From positions 496,001 to 560,000 of the forward strand of contig JBHGNT010000014.1 of the NCBI GenBank assembly GCA_043228905.1: a stretch of 64,000 nt of DNA, in the 5' to 3' direction. The DNA is from Azolla caroliniana (Eukaryota > Plantae > Polypodiophyta). The notes beneath the pieces are model-generated. The model had not been told where the DNA came from and ran no database searches. It worked only from the letters and a program-made list of their open reading frames with translations. Shown piece by piece: positions 13,664 to 27,120 of this stretch. The number at the start of each line of letters is the position of its first letter. The stretch's first letter is position 1. The position numbers were made by a program, and so were the translations under genes.

Positions 13664-13989
13664 TGAAAAGTGTGTGTGTGTGAGAGAGAGAGGGAGATAT
13701 AGTCGACAAGAATAGATAGCAAAACAATAAAACTGTATTCACAAGAAAATAATGACCAAAAGTTACAAAGAGAGAGGAGAAGGTGCTTATATACTGACCT
13801 TCCCTCTACACTCTCTTACTACCTCTTGGGAAAGAGGTGGGGACTTAACTACTCTACCTACTAACTATGTGTCATAGAAGTTAAGTTCCATGACACATTA
13901 GTTATGATACAAGGTGGTGGGATGTTCACACACTAGGCTATTACTAAGGTGTGTCCCTTCACTAGGGAAGTTGAGTTTGATTCTCAACA
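13664..13989 (-). repeat. 3' LTR of copia A
   Basis: TGAAAAG...TTCTCAACA followed by CGCCCCTTCAA (reverse PPT). Confidence 0.75.
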
Positions 13990-16900
13990 CGCCCCTTCAA
14001 ACACAACTTCAGGTCACTGGATAGTCGGTTTGATCTTGATTGTTGTCCGGGTTCGTGTCTGGCTTTGAGAGCTGGCTCACTTTGCTTGCTTTGTTCATTT
14101 GGCTCCGTCTGATTCCATATCGGGCGGTTCACTCCCCCTCAAGCTCGGCTGGGTGGCAGTCTAGTGTCCTAGGTTCGTCGTGAACTCCCGCAGCTTGTCG
14201 GCTCCCATGGTCTTCGTGAAGATGTCGACTGTCTGAAGGTTAATGCTAATATGTTGAAGGTTGAAATCTCCCGCCATGGCACGTTCTCGGATGAAATGAT
14301 AATGCACCTCGGTGTGATTAGTCTGAGCTTGGAAAACTGGGTTCAGATCCAGGTCAATATTGCTCATGTTGTTGCAGTATAGGAGGATTGGATCTTTGAT
14401 GGAGGCGTCTAGATCCTTCAAAATCCTCTTGTCGGCCTCTGTACTCAACAATATGACTATCAACTACTTTTTACTGCTCCAGGATATGGCTCTGTTGTAG
14501 AGGGAGAGACAAATCCAGAGGTTGATCATTTGTTGGCTTTGTAGCCAGCCCAGGTGACATCGGTGTACCCTTTGAGTTGGATTACCATTGCCGACTTGTA
14601 TAGGATGCCATAATCCATAGTACCACTTACATACCTTAGCACTCGCTTGGCAAAATCTAGATGAATGTCGTGAGGTATTTGCATGAATTGGCTAAGGAGG
14701 TTGAATGGATAATTGAGGTCAGGTTGTGTAATGGTAAGGTAGATGAGGCTTCCAACATGTTCCAATATCGTGTCAGCTTGCATTCGGTGGTGCCAAAGTC
14801 AGCATCAAGCTTTAGGTTCCGATAGAGAAGAGTTGCCACAGAATTGCACTCAGTCATCTTGAACTTATACAATAAGTTGAGGATGTAGTGCCGTGGGGAG
14901 ATCATAATGCCTTTCGAGGTTCAAATTACTTCTATAATAACCAAGGAAGTAATGGAGCTCCTTTATATCTTTCATTTCGAATCGGTCGGAGAGAAGCTTC
15001 TTGATGTTATTAATATCGGTAATGTGCTCTCCTCCAATGAGCAAGTCATCTACATATATTATGAGGAATAATTTTCCTCTAGAATCGCCCTAGATGAATA
15101 GGGAATTGTTAGACTTGGACATTTTGAAGCTGATTTGATGAATATATCGAGTTAGTTATCTTCGAGTGACATGCTCTCGGTGCTATCTTGAGGCCATATA
15201 GAGGCTTTTGAGTCGGCAAACAACAATAGGATGCGTACTTGTCTTAAAGCCAGGCGGTTGTACCATGTACACCTCATCTAATTCACCTTGAAGAACTTAG
15301 GCATTCTTTACGTCCATTTAATGAAGGTGCCATCCTTTGGTTGTTGCAAATGCGATTATGGTCTGAATTGTCATCATCTTTGCCACCACAGAAAAGATCT
15401 CTTTGTAATCGACTCCATGTTTCTGCGCGTAGACTTTTGCAAGAATTCTGGCCTTATATCAATTGACAGTGCCATCAACATTGTGCTTGACCTTGTATAT
15501 GCACCGACAACCAATTGCTTTCCTGTGGGGTGAAGAGGGAACAAGATCCCAAGTGTTATTCTTATCGAGGGCTTGCATTTCTTCGTTCATCACTTCGACC
15601 CATTGTGGCTCTTGAGCGGCTTTGGCAAGGCTTTCCAGTTCCCGAACTGTCACCACCTTCATCATAAAGGCATAGTGGTATGCCATATCATTGTTGTAGC
15701 CAAATTGGCTGACTACGTTCTTTTCTCGGATGGAGCGACATAGTTTTTCATTTGCCGTTTTGAGAGCTTTCTTTGCTCCGGTTGTCCTCATGATAGGCAC
15801 ATAAACTCTAGCATGCTCATTGTTGAGTGAGTGCTCCGATTCATTTCCGTTGGGATGATCGTCTTCATATTCTGACATTTTGGCCTTCCCATTGTCCGAT
15901 TTTGGACTTGGTTGTGACATGCTTTGATCACTTGGAAGCTTTTGAGGTCCACTCAACATGGTTGAGATTGGACTTTCTTGTGATGTAGGCCTCAACTGAT
16001 CATCATCCTCTGAGTTGATGTTAAAGTAGACCAAAGTTGGTTCGGGTGGAGTGTTAGGAATTCGGTCCCTCCGGATGGGATCTGGATGAGAACCGGAGGA
16101 GTTGGATCGAATGATTCGGATGAAGGAATCGGATCTGGAAACCGGATCAAGTGAATCTGAATGGATTCGGTGCAAACCGGATTGAAGGACATGTGTAAAT
16201 ATGTTTCATGGTTAGCCTATTGAGGTTATATTTGTAAATAGCCCAAAAGTCATATAAGTATAAATATGACTTAGGGCAATCACTTTATGTGAATATGGTG
16301 TAGTAATGGTTGTATCATCGTCGTACATAGAGTGTGAGAAAGCGAGAGAGAGAGATACAGAATTAGTTTCAGTTGTAACCGCCGGTTGGCGAAGACATAG
16401 AGCTCGAGGTCGTTGCCTCTGAGTCTCACATTGTATTCCTCCCCTCATAGTGATAGTTGGAGTCTGTGGGCTCCCGTGCTTTTTCCCATTTAGGGTTTTC
16501 CACGTTAACATTCTGTGTCATCTTATTTTCAGTTTGCTCTCTTCCATTCACTGTTTTAAGACTCGGTTGTGGCCGAGTGTCATTTCCATGTCAATCTGGT
16601 ATCAGAGCGAACAAGAAAATGGAAGAGTCATTCAGAAGCATGTTCAAGCTCATTGGCTCCAACTACCCAGTGTGGAAGTCGAAGATGAGGGACATGCTCG
16701 TGGTCAAAGATCTTTGGCTGCCGGTACAGTTCGGGGACAAGAAACTGGATAAGATCGATTCTGTGACATGGGAGGTGATGCACATGAAGACGACGTCATA
16801 CATATGTTACTGATTAGGAACACTGTCTACACTCAGTCCTTCGAGGTACACTTCAAGGTGATTGTGTTTACAAGGAAGGAGTTCGTGTTGGGTGTGAGTT

Positions 16901-17292
16901 GTAACAGGGTACTAAGCAAACGTATCGTCTGGGTGTGAAGGGGAGACCGCACTTTCACTACGCTTACAACTCATAGTTACGAATCAAAATGCAGCGCCAA
17001 GATAGTAGACTACTTACACAAACAGACAAGGAGATCAGAGAAGATAGGATTCTATTTCAAAAGCTTCACTCCCAAAAATTACACACACCCCTTTACAGAG
17101 GATTTCTACCCTTTATATACACAGGGCTTTTAGTTGGTCATGCTCCTCCTGTGAACTGTTACATACATTTCCTAACGCTTCTAATATATTTTTTATTTTA
17201 TATTTTACGCGCCATGTTCGACGGTTACAATACCGGCGGACAACACTTGGCATGCCTGTGGGACAGAGCCATGGCTCGTCAGACCCATCCTT

Positions 17293-18789
17293 CTATTTAT
17301 CATTCAAAATGTCTAGGATATTTGGCTCCATCCGTAAGCCTTGATCTAGAGACAACATGACATCCGTAAGCACTTCGTTATTTTGCTTGACCGGTTTATG
17401 TAACTCCGCATTTCCTTCTTCGCCGTGCTCAGTAGGTGTGCGAGTCCCCGTGTTGTCATATTCTCTTTGTGTGATCAGGACTGGCTCAGTTGGTTCGCAA
17501 TTCGGCTCATTCCTCATTGGTTCGAGAGTTGGTTCTTCCGTTTGTGTACGGGGTCCTTCCTTATCCGTAACTTCCATAGCGTTGATAGGTGTCGTGGTCA
17601 CCTCCGGTGGTTCATTCGAATTAAGATGAGGTTCATCTTGTTCGGCGGAATCGCTGTCCGGTATCGCAATTGGCTCCACCCCCTGCTGTATGTTGCTGAT
17701 CTCCATTATTCGGTGAAAAATATCTTCCTGACTTTCCCCGAAATCTTCCAATAGCTGCGTGAGTTCCTTAGAGTGCTGGTCTGCTAGCGTGCGATAATCC
17801 TGTGCGAGGTCCTCTCGTACTGCCGCGATGCTTTCCTCATTGAGCTTGTAGAAGCCTCGACCTTCTTTTCGTCGGTTCTCCCAGTCCGCCCGGTAGGTAT
17901 GCAATTCCGCTACTTGCGTTGCCCACACCGTCCAACCTTTGTCCAACGCCGTTTTTCATTGCGCCGTGAACCGCTCGTGATTTGTTTGGAGAAGCATGCG
18001 TACATTGTCGACTATCGTTTGGGAGCGGTTTTGGGCTTCATCCAGAGCTTTCTTGAGGTTTTTGATTTTACGCTTGTTGGCCGTAACCACTTCCTCATAA
18101 CGGCTCTTCACCTTCGCCCATATCTGGGATTCCTTCAGGTGAAGTTCTTCTAGCCAGCCCATTTCATTATTCAGGCGGACTTCTACTTGATGCGTCAGTT
18201 CCCGTTCCCGTATGAGCTGTTCGTCGTACCATGCTTTCTTCTTTTCCAATAACTCCCGGAGTCTTGTGACCATTGCTTCCGTCTTTTGGGCTTCCTCCCG
18301 CAGCTTCTTGTTTTCCTCTTTAGTGCTGTTGTGTGCTGCTGCCTCTGCCTCAAACTTGTCCTCTAGTGCTTTCACCGCCCTTTGTCCTTTTGCTCGAATA
18401 TCCGTTTCTCTGTCTGATGATTGGCGGAGTTCCACGCGGAGGTGGTCAATCTCGGACTCCACTAGCTGTGTAGCTCTTTTTGCTTTTGCGGCGATGGCGG
18501 TCTGTGCTTCGACCTTTTCCCGCAAGGACTTTGACGCATCATCATTGGACGTTGGTCCGGGGTTTTGCTGCGCTGTAGCTGTGCCACGTTCTAACTCAGT
18601 GATCCGCTCTTCAGCCTTTTGTAGTTGGGCTTGGGTCCACTTGACTGTTTTCTAGACATTTTTATTTTTGATCGCCATGTCCTTGGCGCCCATACTGACT
18701 TAAGCCAATTCCCTATGCGTTTCGACAAGGGCCGTATTCAATGGGGGGTAATTCAATGCCCATGAAGTCCTTTTAATAGTCGTGCCCAT
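17293..18789 (-). pseudogene. Additional 3' ORF of J (~498 aa, coiled-coil then acidic), with in-frame stops
   Basis: ATG at 18789 is in frame with ORFs 18525-17956 and 17946-17293. The three interrupting stops (TAA, TAG, TGA) are each one C>T from a sense codon. Confidence 0.7.
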
Positions 18790-18795
18790 TGTCTC

Positions 18796-18826
<31 letters not shown>

Positions 18827-19374
18827 TTTAACGGTTAAGTACAATATTACTGTTACATTATTTTACAAGAGGGCCCCAGTTATTAATTAGTGTATGGGCC
18901 CCTCTGCCGTGTCAGTGACGGCGTGAAACGGGTTTGCAGGTGTAGGTCCTAGATAAGGTTTTAATTGGAACCCATTCACTTTCTGTCGAAGTAACTCCCC
19001 GACGAGAGTTCCTAATTGAAAAGTGCCGTTCTCCGCTCCAACTATCCAGTACGGCCCCGTCCATCGGAACCGTAATTTTCCTGGCATTTGACCCATGCGT
19101 GTTTGAAAGACTAATACGGCCTTTCCCACTGCAAAGTCCTCTCTCGTGCGCCCCGATGCCGGTCCACGAATGCCTTATGCCGTACCTACTCTTGCTCAAG
19201 TATGGCCATACTGTGGATACGCGCCTCGCCCAGTTTGAGAAGTTGGTGTAGCCGTATTTGCTCGGACTTGACTTCTAATAGCCAGTCTCGTACTTGAATC
19301 TGTGGATTGGGTACCTAAAATTCGATGGGCATTACGGCCTCCAGCCCAAATGCTAGTTGGAAAGGCGTGGATTG

Positions 19375-19831
19375 TGTTGAGCAAGCAAGCTCGACCGGAT
19401 CCGGATTGGTTGAATAAGCCTGAGCCAGATCGACATCCGGAAGGATGAGCCGGATCGGTATCCGGATGGTATCCGGAAACAACCGGCCGTATCGGGGAGC
19501 TGGATTCGAGCGGGAACCGGAAGCCTAGTAGTAGCCTAGACTACTAGGTAATCATTGTCTTGTAGTTAGTGTCAGTCGCACGTGTGAGCTTTGAAGTACT
19601 TTTTAGTACTTTTGTCAGTCCTTTATGGACTTGTATAAATAGTGCTGTTTAAGCACGTTGTATGTACAGAGTTTTAGAGTTATTTTTGAATATAGTCTAT
19701 GTTCTGCTCTCTCTGTCTCTCCCGCATATACTCTCTGTCTTTTAAGCTTTTCCATTAAACCTTCATCTCATTTTCTGTTGCTATCTGGCTGAGCCGGTTT
19801 TGTCTGACGCTTCCGCACATTAACATTCATA
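19375..19831 (+). mobile_element. Copia solo LTR inserted in the J integrase
   Basis: Starts TGTTGAGC like LTRs F, H and I; ends TTCATA (CA mutated). TSD GATTG/GACTG. Removing it restores KTNIQSTPFQLAFG. Confidence 0.85.
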
Positions 19832-21175
19832 GACTGTATGTTGGTTTTGTAGCTCGTCCGATACGCCCACAAGGCACTGTGTAGTTTGGTATCCCAGTCT
19901 GTTCTATTCTCATTCACAATCTTTTTCAATATGGTCTGTAAGGTTTTGTTCGTGGATTCTGCTAGCCCATTTGTCTGCGGGTAATACGGTTTGCTCTTCT
20001 TATGAACCACGACGTAATGGTGTGTCAGCTCCTGGATGACTGAATTCAGAAAGTGGCTCCCTTGGTCACTAATGAGTTTGGTGGGGCAGCCAAAACGACA
20101 CCAGTTGTATTCGTAAAGAAATTTTGCCGTGGATGCTGTCGTATCGTCTCGTAATACTTTTGCTTCTACCCACTTGGTGCAGTAATCCGTGGCCACCAAA
20201 ATATATCTGTTGCCGATCCGTGCTGTAGCCGGCGTAAAGGGACCAACAAAATCAAGACCCCATTTCTGGAATGGATCCAACGGGAGAATTGGTTGATGTG
20301 GCATCCTTGCGACCTCCGTGGGTTGTCCCAATCGTTGACATAAATCGCACTGTCGACAGTATAGATAAGCATCTTTTTGCGTAGTTGGCCACCATAAGCC
20401 TGCTTGCCATATTTTTTTGGCCATAACATTGCCCGCATAGTGTCCCCCTGCCGTTTCGCAGTGGGCTTCGCGCAAAACAACCTCCTCATCCTGGCGTATC
20501 CCGCGTCGTCAGTTTCCATTGTTGCCCTTGTGATAAAGGACTCCATCAACCAGGCAAAAGTTACGACTAAGGACAACCAATTACTTCTTTTCGTCCGTCC
20601 TTAGTTGTGGCGGTGGCAATCCCGTGGTCAGAAAGTACGTCATCTCCATCAGCCAGTGATCCAGAAAATTTTTCTCCTCCCGTGACGCTAACGTCGCGAC
20701 CCGTAGAATGTCAGCTTGGGGAAAGTCATCGTCATTCTCCCTCCAGCATATTTATGTCTTCTGCATATAATGGCGTTATCCCCTTCAATTGTGCTACCAT
20801 TTCTTGAGTGGGTACACGAACTTTGCTGCGTCCCCATTTGAAACTGATACAATTATGCTGCTAGTTTTGTTTGACGTTCGCCGAACGTAGCCATGGTCTG
20901 CCGAGCAATATTGGGTACGCTCCCGGAGCGTCTAGTGCAAGCACTACTGCAGAGATGTCGAAACGATGGCCGCCAACGATAATGCCTAACTTTCAGATAA
21001 ACCCTAAGGGCCTGACAGAACGGGTGTCTGCCATGCGCAGCTAGAAAGGGCAAGCTTCCCAATCTGAAATTCCCAATCGTGCGCACGTCTTTGTACGAAT
21101 GACATTGACGCCGGATCCTCCATCGACTATACATCCCGAGATTTCCTGTCCTTGTAGTACCAACTGAATGGCTGG

Positions 21176-21619
21176 ATTATGGTGATCCACTACCGATGGA
21201 CCAACACTAGTCTCCGCAAAATTTGCTGAGACATCTAATCCGGGTGTGCCCTTGATGCGATTCTCCACGACCTGCCAGAATCGTGGAACTAGTCGGAGGA
21301 GCTTCTCCATGGTCATTGTTATTTCACAGTCTGCTAGTGCTTGCCATATGGGATTTGGTGATAATGTGTCCTCCTCCATCGACAAACTGTTGTTTGCATT
21401 ATGGTGATCCACTACTGATGGACCAACACTAGTCTCCGCAAAATTTGCTGAGACATCTAATCCGGGTGTGCCCTTGATGTGATTCTCCATGACCTGCCGG
21501 AATCATGGAACCAGTCGGAGGAGCTTCTCCATGGTCATTGTTATTTCACAGTCTGCCAGTGCTTGCCATATGGGATCCAGTGATAATGTGTTCTCCTCCA
21601 TCGGCAAATTGTTGTTTGC
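21176..21619. repeat. 222-bp (74-codon) tandem duplication just upstream of the J protease
   Basis: Peptide EN(H/R)IKGTPGLDVSANFAETSVGPSVVDHHN appears twice, 74 aa apart. Confidence 0.9.
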
Positions 21620-24600
21620 GGACTCCTGCCTCATACGCTCTGTATTTGCCGCATTTGATTTTTCTACCCACGCTTGGGCTGCTTTGCGTATCTCATCTTG
21701 CATAGCCCAATCCGCGTTCTTTGCTTGTTGCCGTGTTGTGACCTATTGGACTTCCGCCGTGATCGTATTTACAGCGGGTTCCTTGCCTTTGCGATGTGGG
21801 CACTATGTTGCATAATGTCCGGGTTGCTGGCATACGAAACAATGGACACTGGTCTCACCTCTCTCTCCTCCTGGCGGTGTTGCCGCGACTGCCTCCGCGG
21901 GTATGGCTTGCTCCTCCTGATTTTGCTGAAGTCTCCTGTTATGCCGCTGTGGTTGTCGGTGTTCCCGGTGTGGCTCTTGACGCCGCTCATCTTCCGAACT
22001 CTTGTCATAGCGACGTTGGTCCCTATATTGTCTATATTGTGCATTTGGTCACGGTCCATTGAATCCTCCGTGATTAATGGACGAACATTGATTGCCATAA
22101 CGACGCCCTCCTTTATTATATCGGTAGGTATTCCGATAGTCTTCGTCCTCCTGTTCTTCCTCATTGGAATAGAGATTGTTGTTACGGCGATTACGGTATT
22201 TTCGCTCTTCGCGTTTATTCCGTTCCGCATATCTGAACCGTTCCTCTTGTCGCCCTTGATCATTCTTGCGAGGTTGCCGCTGCGGTTCTATGCGTCACAC
22301 AACGGGTGTAGGTCTGTTAAGCATGTTGTATTCGCATTGCTCCACCGTGTGTGCCCTTGAGTGACATATCGGACAATGAATTCTCATATTGCACTCTATT
22401 GCGGAATGCCCTGAATTTATATAGATTGTGCACTGTATAGCCTAGCGGAATCGATGTTCCTCGTCCTAAGGCAACGCTTGTCGTAACGATGACATGGACA
22501 TGCCCTCATCTTCTTCCTCTAATTCGAGCTATAATGCTCGCTCAATAACCATATCCGTTGTTTCCCCTTTCACACTATGCGTGTTAAGAGTCCTCAGGAT
22601 AGGTCGTCGTAAAGCTGCCAAAAACGTCTCTTTAGCCTCTTTGTCTGTCGGGGCTCGTGTAAGTTGCCGCTATAGGATCTGGAAACGTAGGCTGAAATCC
22701 GCTACAGATTCTGTTGGCAATTGCTTAATGGTGTAGAATTGCCCGACGATCTCACATTGCGGTACACTCTGATGAAGAAACCGCAAAAATGTTGATTGTA
22801 GTTGATCAAAGGTTGTCATTGCTGCCAGGTCCATCTGAGAATGCCAGCACGCCGCTCTACCATCCAGAGTTAGCTTGAACTCTGTGATCTTCAATTCGTG
22901 CGCTTTTGCTGCTAAAAACCGTTGCGCCATATTATTAGCATTCTAAACATTCAAGAATAACCGGATGTGGCTTGTAGCGTCTGTTTCTCCGTTAAAGCGT
23001 GGGTAGGAGAAAGCCATTCCGGACACTATGGTGGCTATCGGCAGGGGAATACCACAGTTTTCGTGTGGTGACAGGGCTTCTTGCTTGACGTCACGGTGTT
23101 CGGTGAGTGTGGGGTTGATCGTGAACTCCTGAAAGGAAATGTCGTGGTCGCTGAGATGAGGTTTTCATTTAGCGCGCTGTTCTGTCTGGCGAGTGATAGA
23201 CCTCGTCAGTGGTCGATCTTGTTGGGTTGGTTCTCTGGGTCGTCTATGGCTAGACATCCATTCCTTGCTACTCGTCTGCGAGGAATCACAGATCACCAAG
23301 CGTGCCAAAAGTGTTACCGATTAGGAACACTATCTACGCTCAGTCCTTCGAGGTAGACTTCAAGGTGATTGTGTTTACAAGGAACAGGTTCGTGTTGGGC
23401 GTGAGTTGTAACATGGTACTAAGTAAACGTATCGTCTGGGTGTGAAGGGGAGAACACACTTTCACTACACTTACAACTCACAGTTACGAATCAAAATGCA
23501 GCGCCAAGATAGTAGACTACTTACATAGACAGACATGACGGTTAGAGAAGATAGGATTCTATTTCAAAAGCTTCACTCCCAAAAATTACACACACCCCCT
23601 TACAGAGGATTTCTGCCCTTTATATACACAAGGCTTTTAGTCGGTCACGCTCCTCGCGTGAACCGTTACATACATTTCCTAATGCTTCTAATATATTTTA
23701 TATTTTATATTTTACGCACCATGTCCGGAGGTTACAATTCCGGCGGACAACAACATACGGAGCTTCATCGACATGAGCATGTACAACAACTTCAATGAAG
23801 AAAGTAAGGCTCATGAGCTTTGGGAATAAATCACCACCTTGCTGGAGAGTAAAAACGTCGTAAATTAGGTTTCGGTATTTCGGAAGTTAGTGAGACTCCG
23901 GTACCAGGATGGATCCAGCATGGCAGAGCAAATGAATGCATTTCAAGGGTTCATAAATCAAACAACTTCGCTTGAAGTACCTCTGGCCGACGAGGTACTT
24001 GCATTGCTCCTGCTTGGTTCCCTCCCGGATAGTTGGGAGACTCTAGTTGTCACTTTGGGCAACGCCGGACTACAAGGAAAGCAACTATCCCTAGCAACAA
24101 TGAAGTCGAGCTTGCTAGATGAAGAAGATCTCCAAAAGGACCGGGAATTCGGAACCGACCCGAAGGCCTTGGTTGTGGAAGATGACCATAATCGAGGGAG
24201 AAACCGGTACTGGAGTCCCCAGAACCGGGAAAAGTCGGGGACAAGGTCGAAGTCAAGGGGGAGGCCTACTTGCTTCTATTGTGGGAAGCAAGGGCACTTC
24301 CAGAAAAACTATTGGCATTTCCGGAAAGAGAAAGGAACCGACAGTGCTGATTCGAAGAGGGGTTCGGACCGGAAAAACTCGGATCGGAAGGGAACATCGG
24401 CAATTGAGACAAGTGAAGAAGAACTACTACTCATCACTGAGGAGAATGAGTTAAACCTTGTCAACGATGAGACAACGTGGGTTGTCGATTTCGGAGCGTC
24501 GTTCCACTTGACACCAGACCGGAGATGCTTCTCATCCTACACAACCGGAGATCACAGTTGTGTCCAGATGGGGAATGAAGGGACCTGCCGAATCATTGGC

Positions 24601-27120
24601 ATAGGAGATGTGTTGTTGAAGACATAAACCAGATGCAAGTTGTTGTTGAAGGATGTCCGACACGTTCCGGAGGTTCGGTTGAACCTGATATCAGCCGGTC
24701 GGCTAGATGATGAAGGCTACACGGGTAGCATCCGGAATGGAGTCATGAAGTTCAGAAAGGGAAGCTTGATTGTGGCTCGAGCCCAGAAGATCAACACACT
24801 GTACCTGATGCAGGCCCGAATATTGCAGGAAGAAGTGAACGTAGCATCTAACATTGCTAGTGAGCTATGGCACAAGAGACTCTACCACATGAGCTAGAAG
24901 GGGATGAGAAGACTTGTCGAAGATAACCTCATCCTGGAGGTGAAAGACGTGCATCTTGATAAGTGCACCGATTGCTTGGCCGGCAAGCAAAATCGAACCT
25001 CCTTCCGGCCAAGACCACCAATGAGACGGAATGCACTACTGGAACTGGTGCATACCGATGTGTGTCAAGTCGACACAAAGTCACATGTCGGATCGTAGTA
25101 CTTCGTGACGTTCATAGACGACCACAACCGGAAGCTGTGGGACTCACTGTTAAAGACGAAGGATCAGGTGCTGTCTGTCTTCAAGGAGCTCCACGCGAGA
25201 GTTGAAAGAGAAACCGGTCGGAAGCTAAAGGTGGTTCGATCAGATAACGAGGAAGAATACTGGGGATAGTTTGAGGAGTACTATGGGTCGAAGGGAATCT
25301 GGCTCAAATTCACTGTGCCGAATATGCCGGAATTGAATGGGCTGGCCGAACGGATGAACTGGACCATAATGGAGAGAATTCGAAGCATGCTAGCACATGC
25401 AAAGTTACCCAAGACGTTTTGGGTTGAGGCGCTAATGACGACAAAGTATGTGATTAATAGGTCATCGTCGGCACCCTTGGAAGGAGACACACCATAGAGA
25501 GTATGGACCGGTAAAGTCGTGTCTTACCGGCATCTGAAGGTGTTCGGGTGTCTCGCATATTTGCATGTTGCAAAGGACAAGAGAGCAAAGTTGGATCTGA
25601 AATCCCGGCCCTGCATATTCCTTGGATACAACGATGATGAGTTTGGTTATCGAGTGTGGGACTTGGTCGACAAGAAGGTGTTCGGGAGTTGGGATATAGT
25701 CTTCATGGAAGACATGACCATTGCCGACTGGGAGTTGGAGAAGAAGGTGAAGAACTCCGGATCATCCAATGAAAACCGGTTTGAGGACACAAGAACCTAC
25801 CCGGTTGAAAACCGAAAGTTAGCTGGTAACGGACTGACACTTGATGAACCAGCCGGATTCGGATAAGAAACTGAACCGACCGAAGAAGAAGAAGAAGAAG
25901 AAGGAGACACTGGAACGAGACAAGACCCCAAATCAGATTCGGATGAAGAACAAACAAAGGAACTGGTAGTTGAAGACCAAAGGCAGAGATACCCTCTTAG
26001 GGAGAGAAGAGCCCCCCAGTGATTTCCGGATGCAGAGCATGTATTGTTGACCGATGATGGCGATCTGGAAAGCTTCGAAGAAGCAAAGAAAGACACCCAC
26101 AACCACAAGTGGTTAAGTGCCATGCAAGACGAGATGAATTCCCTGCATGAGAACCACACATATGAATTGACAGACTTGCCGAAAGGAAAGAGAGCACTCC
26201 AGAATAAGTGGGTGTACAAGGTGAAACTGGGAGATGCCAGAAATCCACCGAGGTACAAGGCCCAGATCGTTGTGAAGGGTTTCCAACAGAAGAAAGGTGT
26301 GGATTTCGATGAGATCTTTGCCCCGGTAGTAAAGATGACATCCATCCGGACGGTATTGAGCATAACGGCAAGCATGGAGCTTGAGGTAGAGCAACTGGAC
26401 GTCAAGACGACATTCCTACATGGCGACCTCGAAGAAGAGATCTACATACATCAACCGGAAGGATTTGAGAGAAAAGGGAAGGAGCACCTGGTATGCCAGC
26501 TAAAGAAGAGCTTATAGGGATTGAGGCAAGCCCCCCGGCAATGGTACTGGAAGTTCGACTCCTTCATGATGGATCAAGGGTACCACAAGACGCAAGCCGA
26601 TCATTGCGTGTTTGTGAAGAAATTTGACGGAGTAGATTTCCTGATATTGCTCCTGTACGTGGATGACATGTTGATTGTCAGACGAGACCAAGTCAAGATA
26701 CGAATGCTGAAGAAGGCCCTAAACCAGACCTTCTCAATGAAACCAGTCAGATCCACACTTCTGGTAAACTGCAAGCAAACTGGAAAATAAAGCCCAAAGA
26801 CGAAGGCAGAGAAGACGGATATGATGAAGGTACCATATGCCTCTGCTGTCGGAAGTTTAATGTATGCAATGGTGTGCACCCGACCGGATATCAGATATGC
26901 AGTCGGAGTGGTGAGTTGGTTCATGAGCAATCCGGGAAGAGAGCATTGGAACGCGGTCACGTGGATACTTCGGTATCTGAAAGGCACTTCGAGTATGTGC
27001 CTCCGATTTGGCTCCGGTAAACCCCAACTTGACGGATTCATGGATTCGGATATGTTGGCTGATGCGAATACCAGCTGGTCTACATCCGGATATGTCATGA
27101 CTTATGCAGGGGGAGCTGTA

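Larger units (their letters stand above)
16805..23752 (-). mobile_element. Ty3/gypsy non-chromovirus (Tat/Athila-like) element J lacking RT/RNase H
   Basis: 441-bp LTRs at 16805-17245 and 23312-23752; TSD ACATA at 16800-16804 and 23753-23757. PBS-like TGGCACGC next to the 5' LTR. gag ~22930-21500, protease IVDGGSGVNVI, integrase GLDFVGP/TDYCTKWVEA. Confidence 0.93.

Noticed and set aside
13671-13690. Copia elements targeting (TG)n microsatellites (also 36842-36869)
   Set aside because: The true LTR ends (13664, 36797) lie outside these runs, so the repeats belong to the LTRs.
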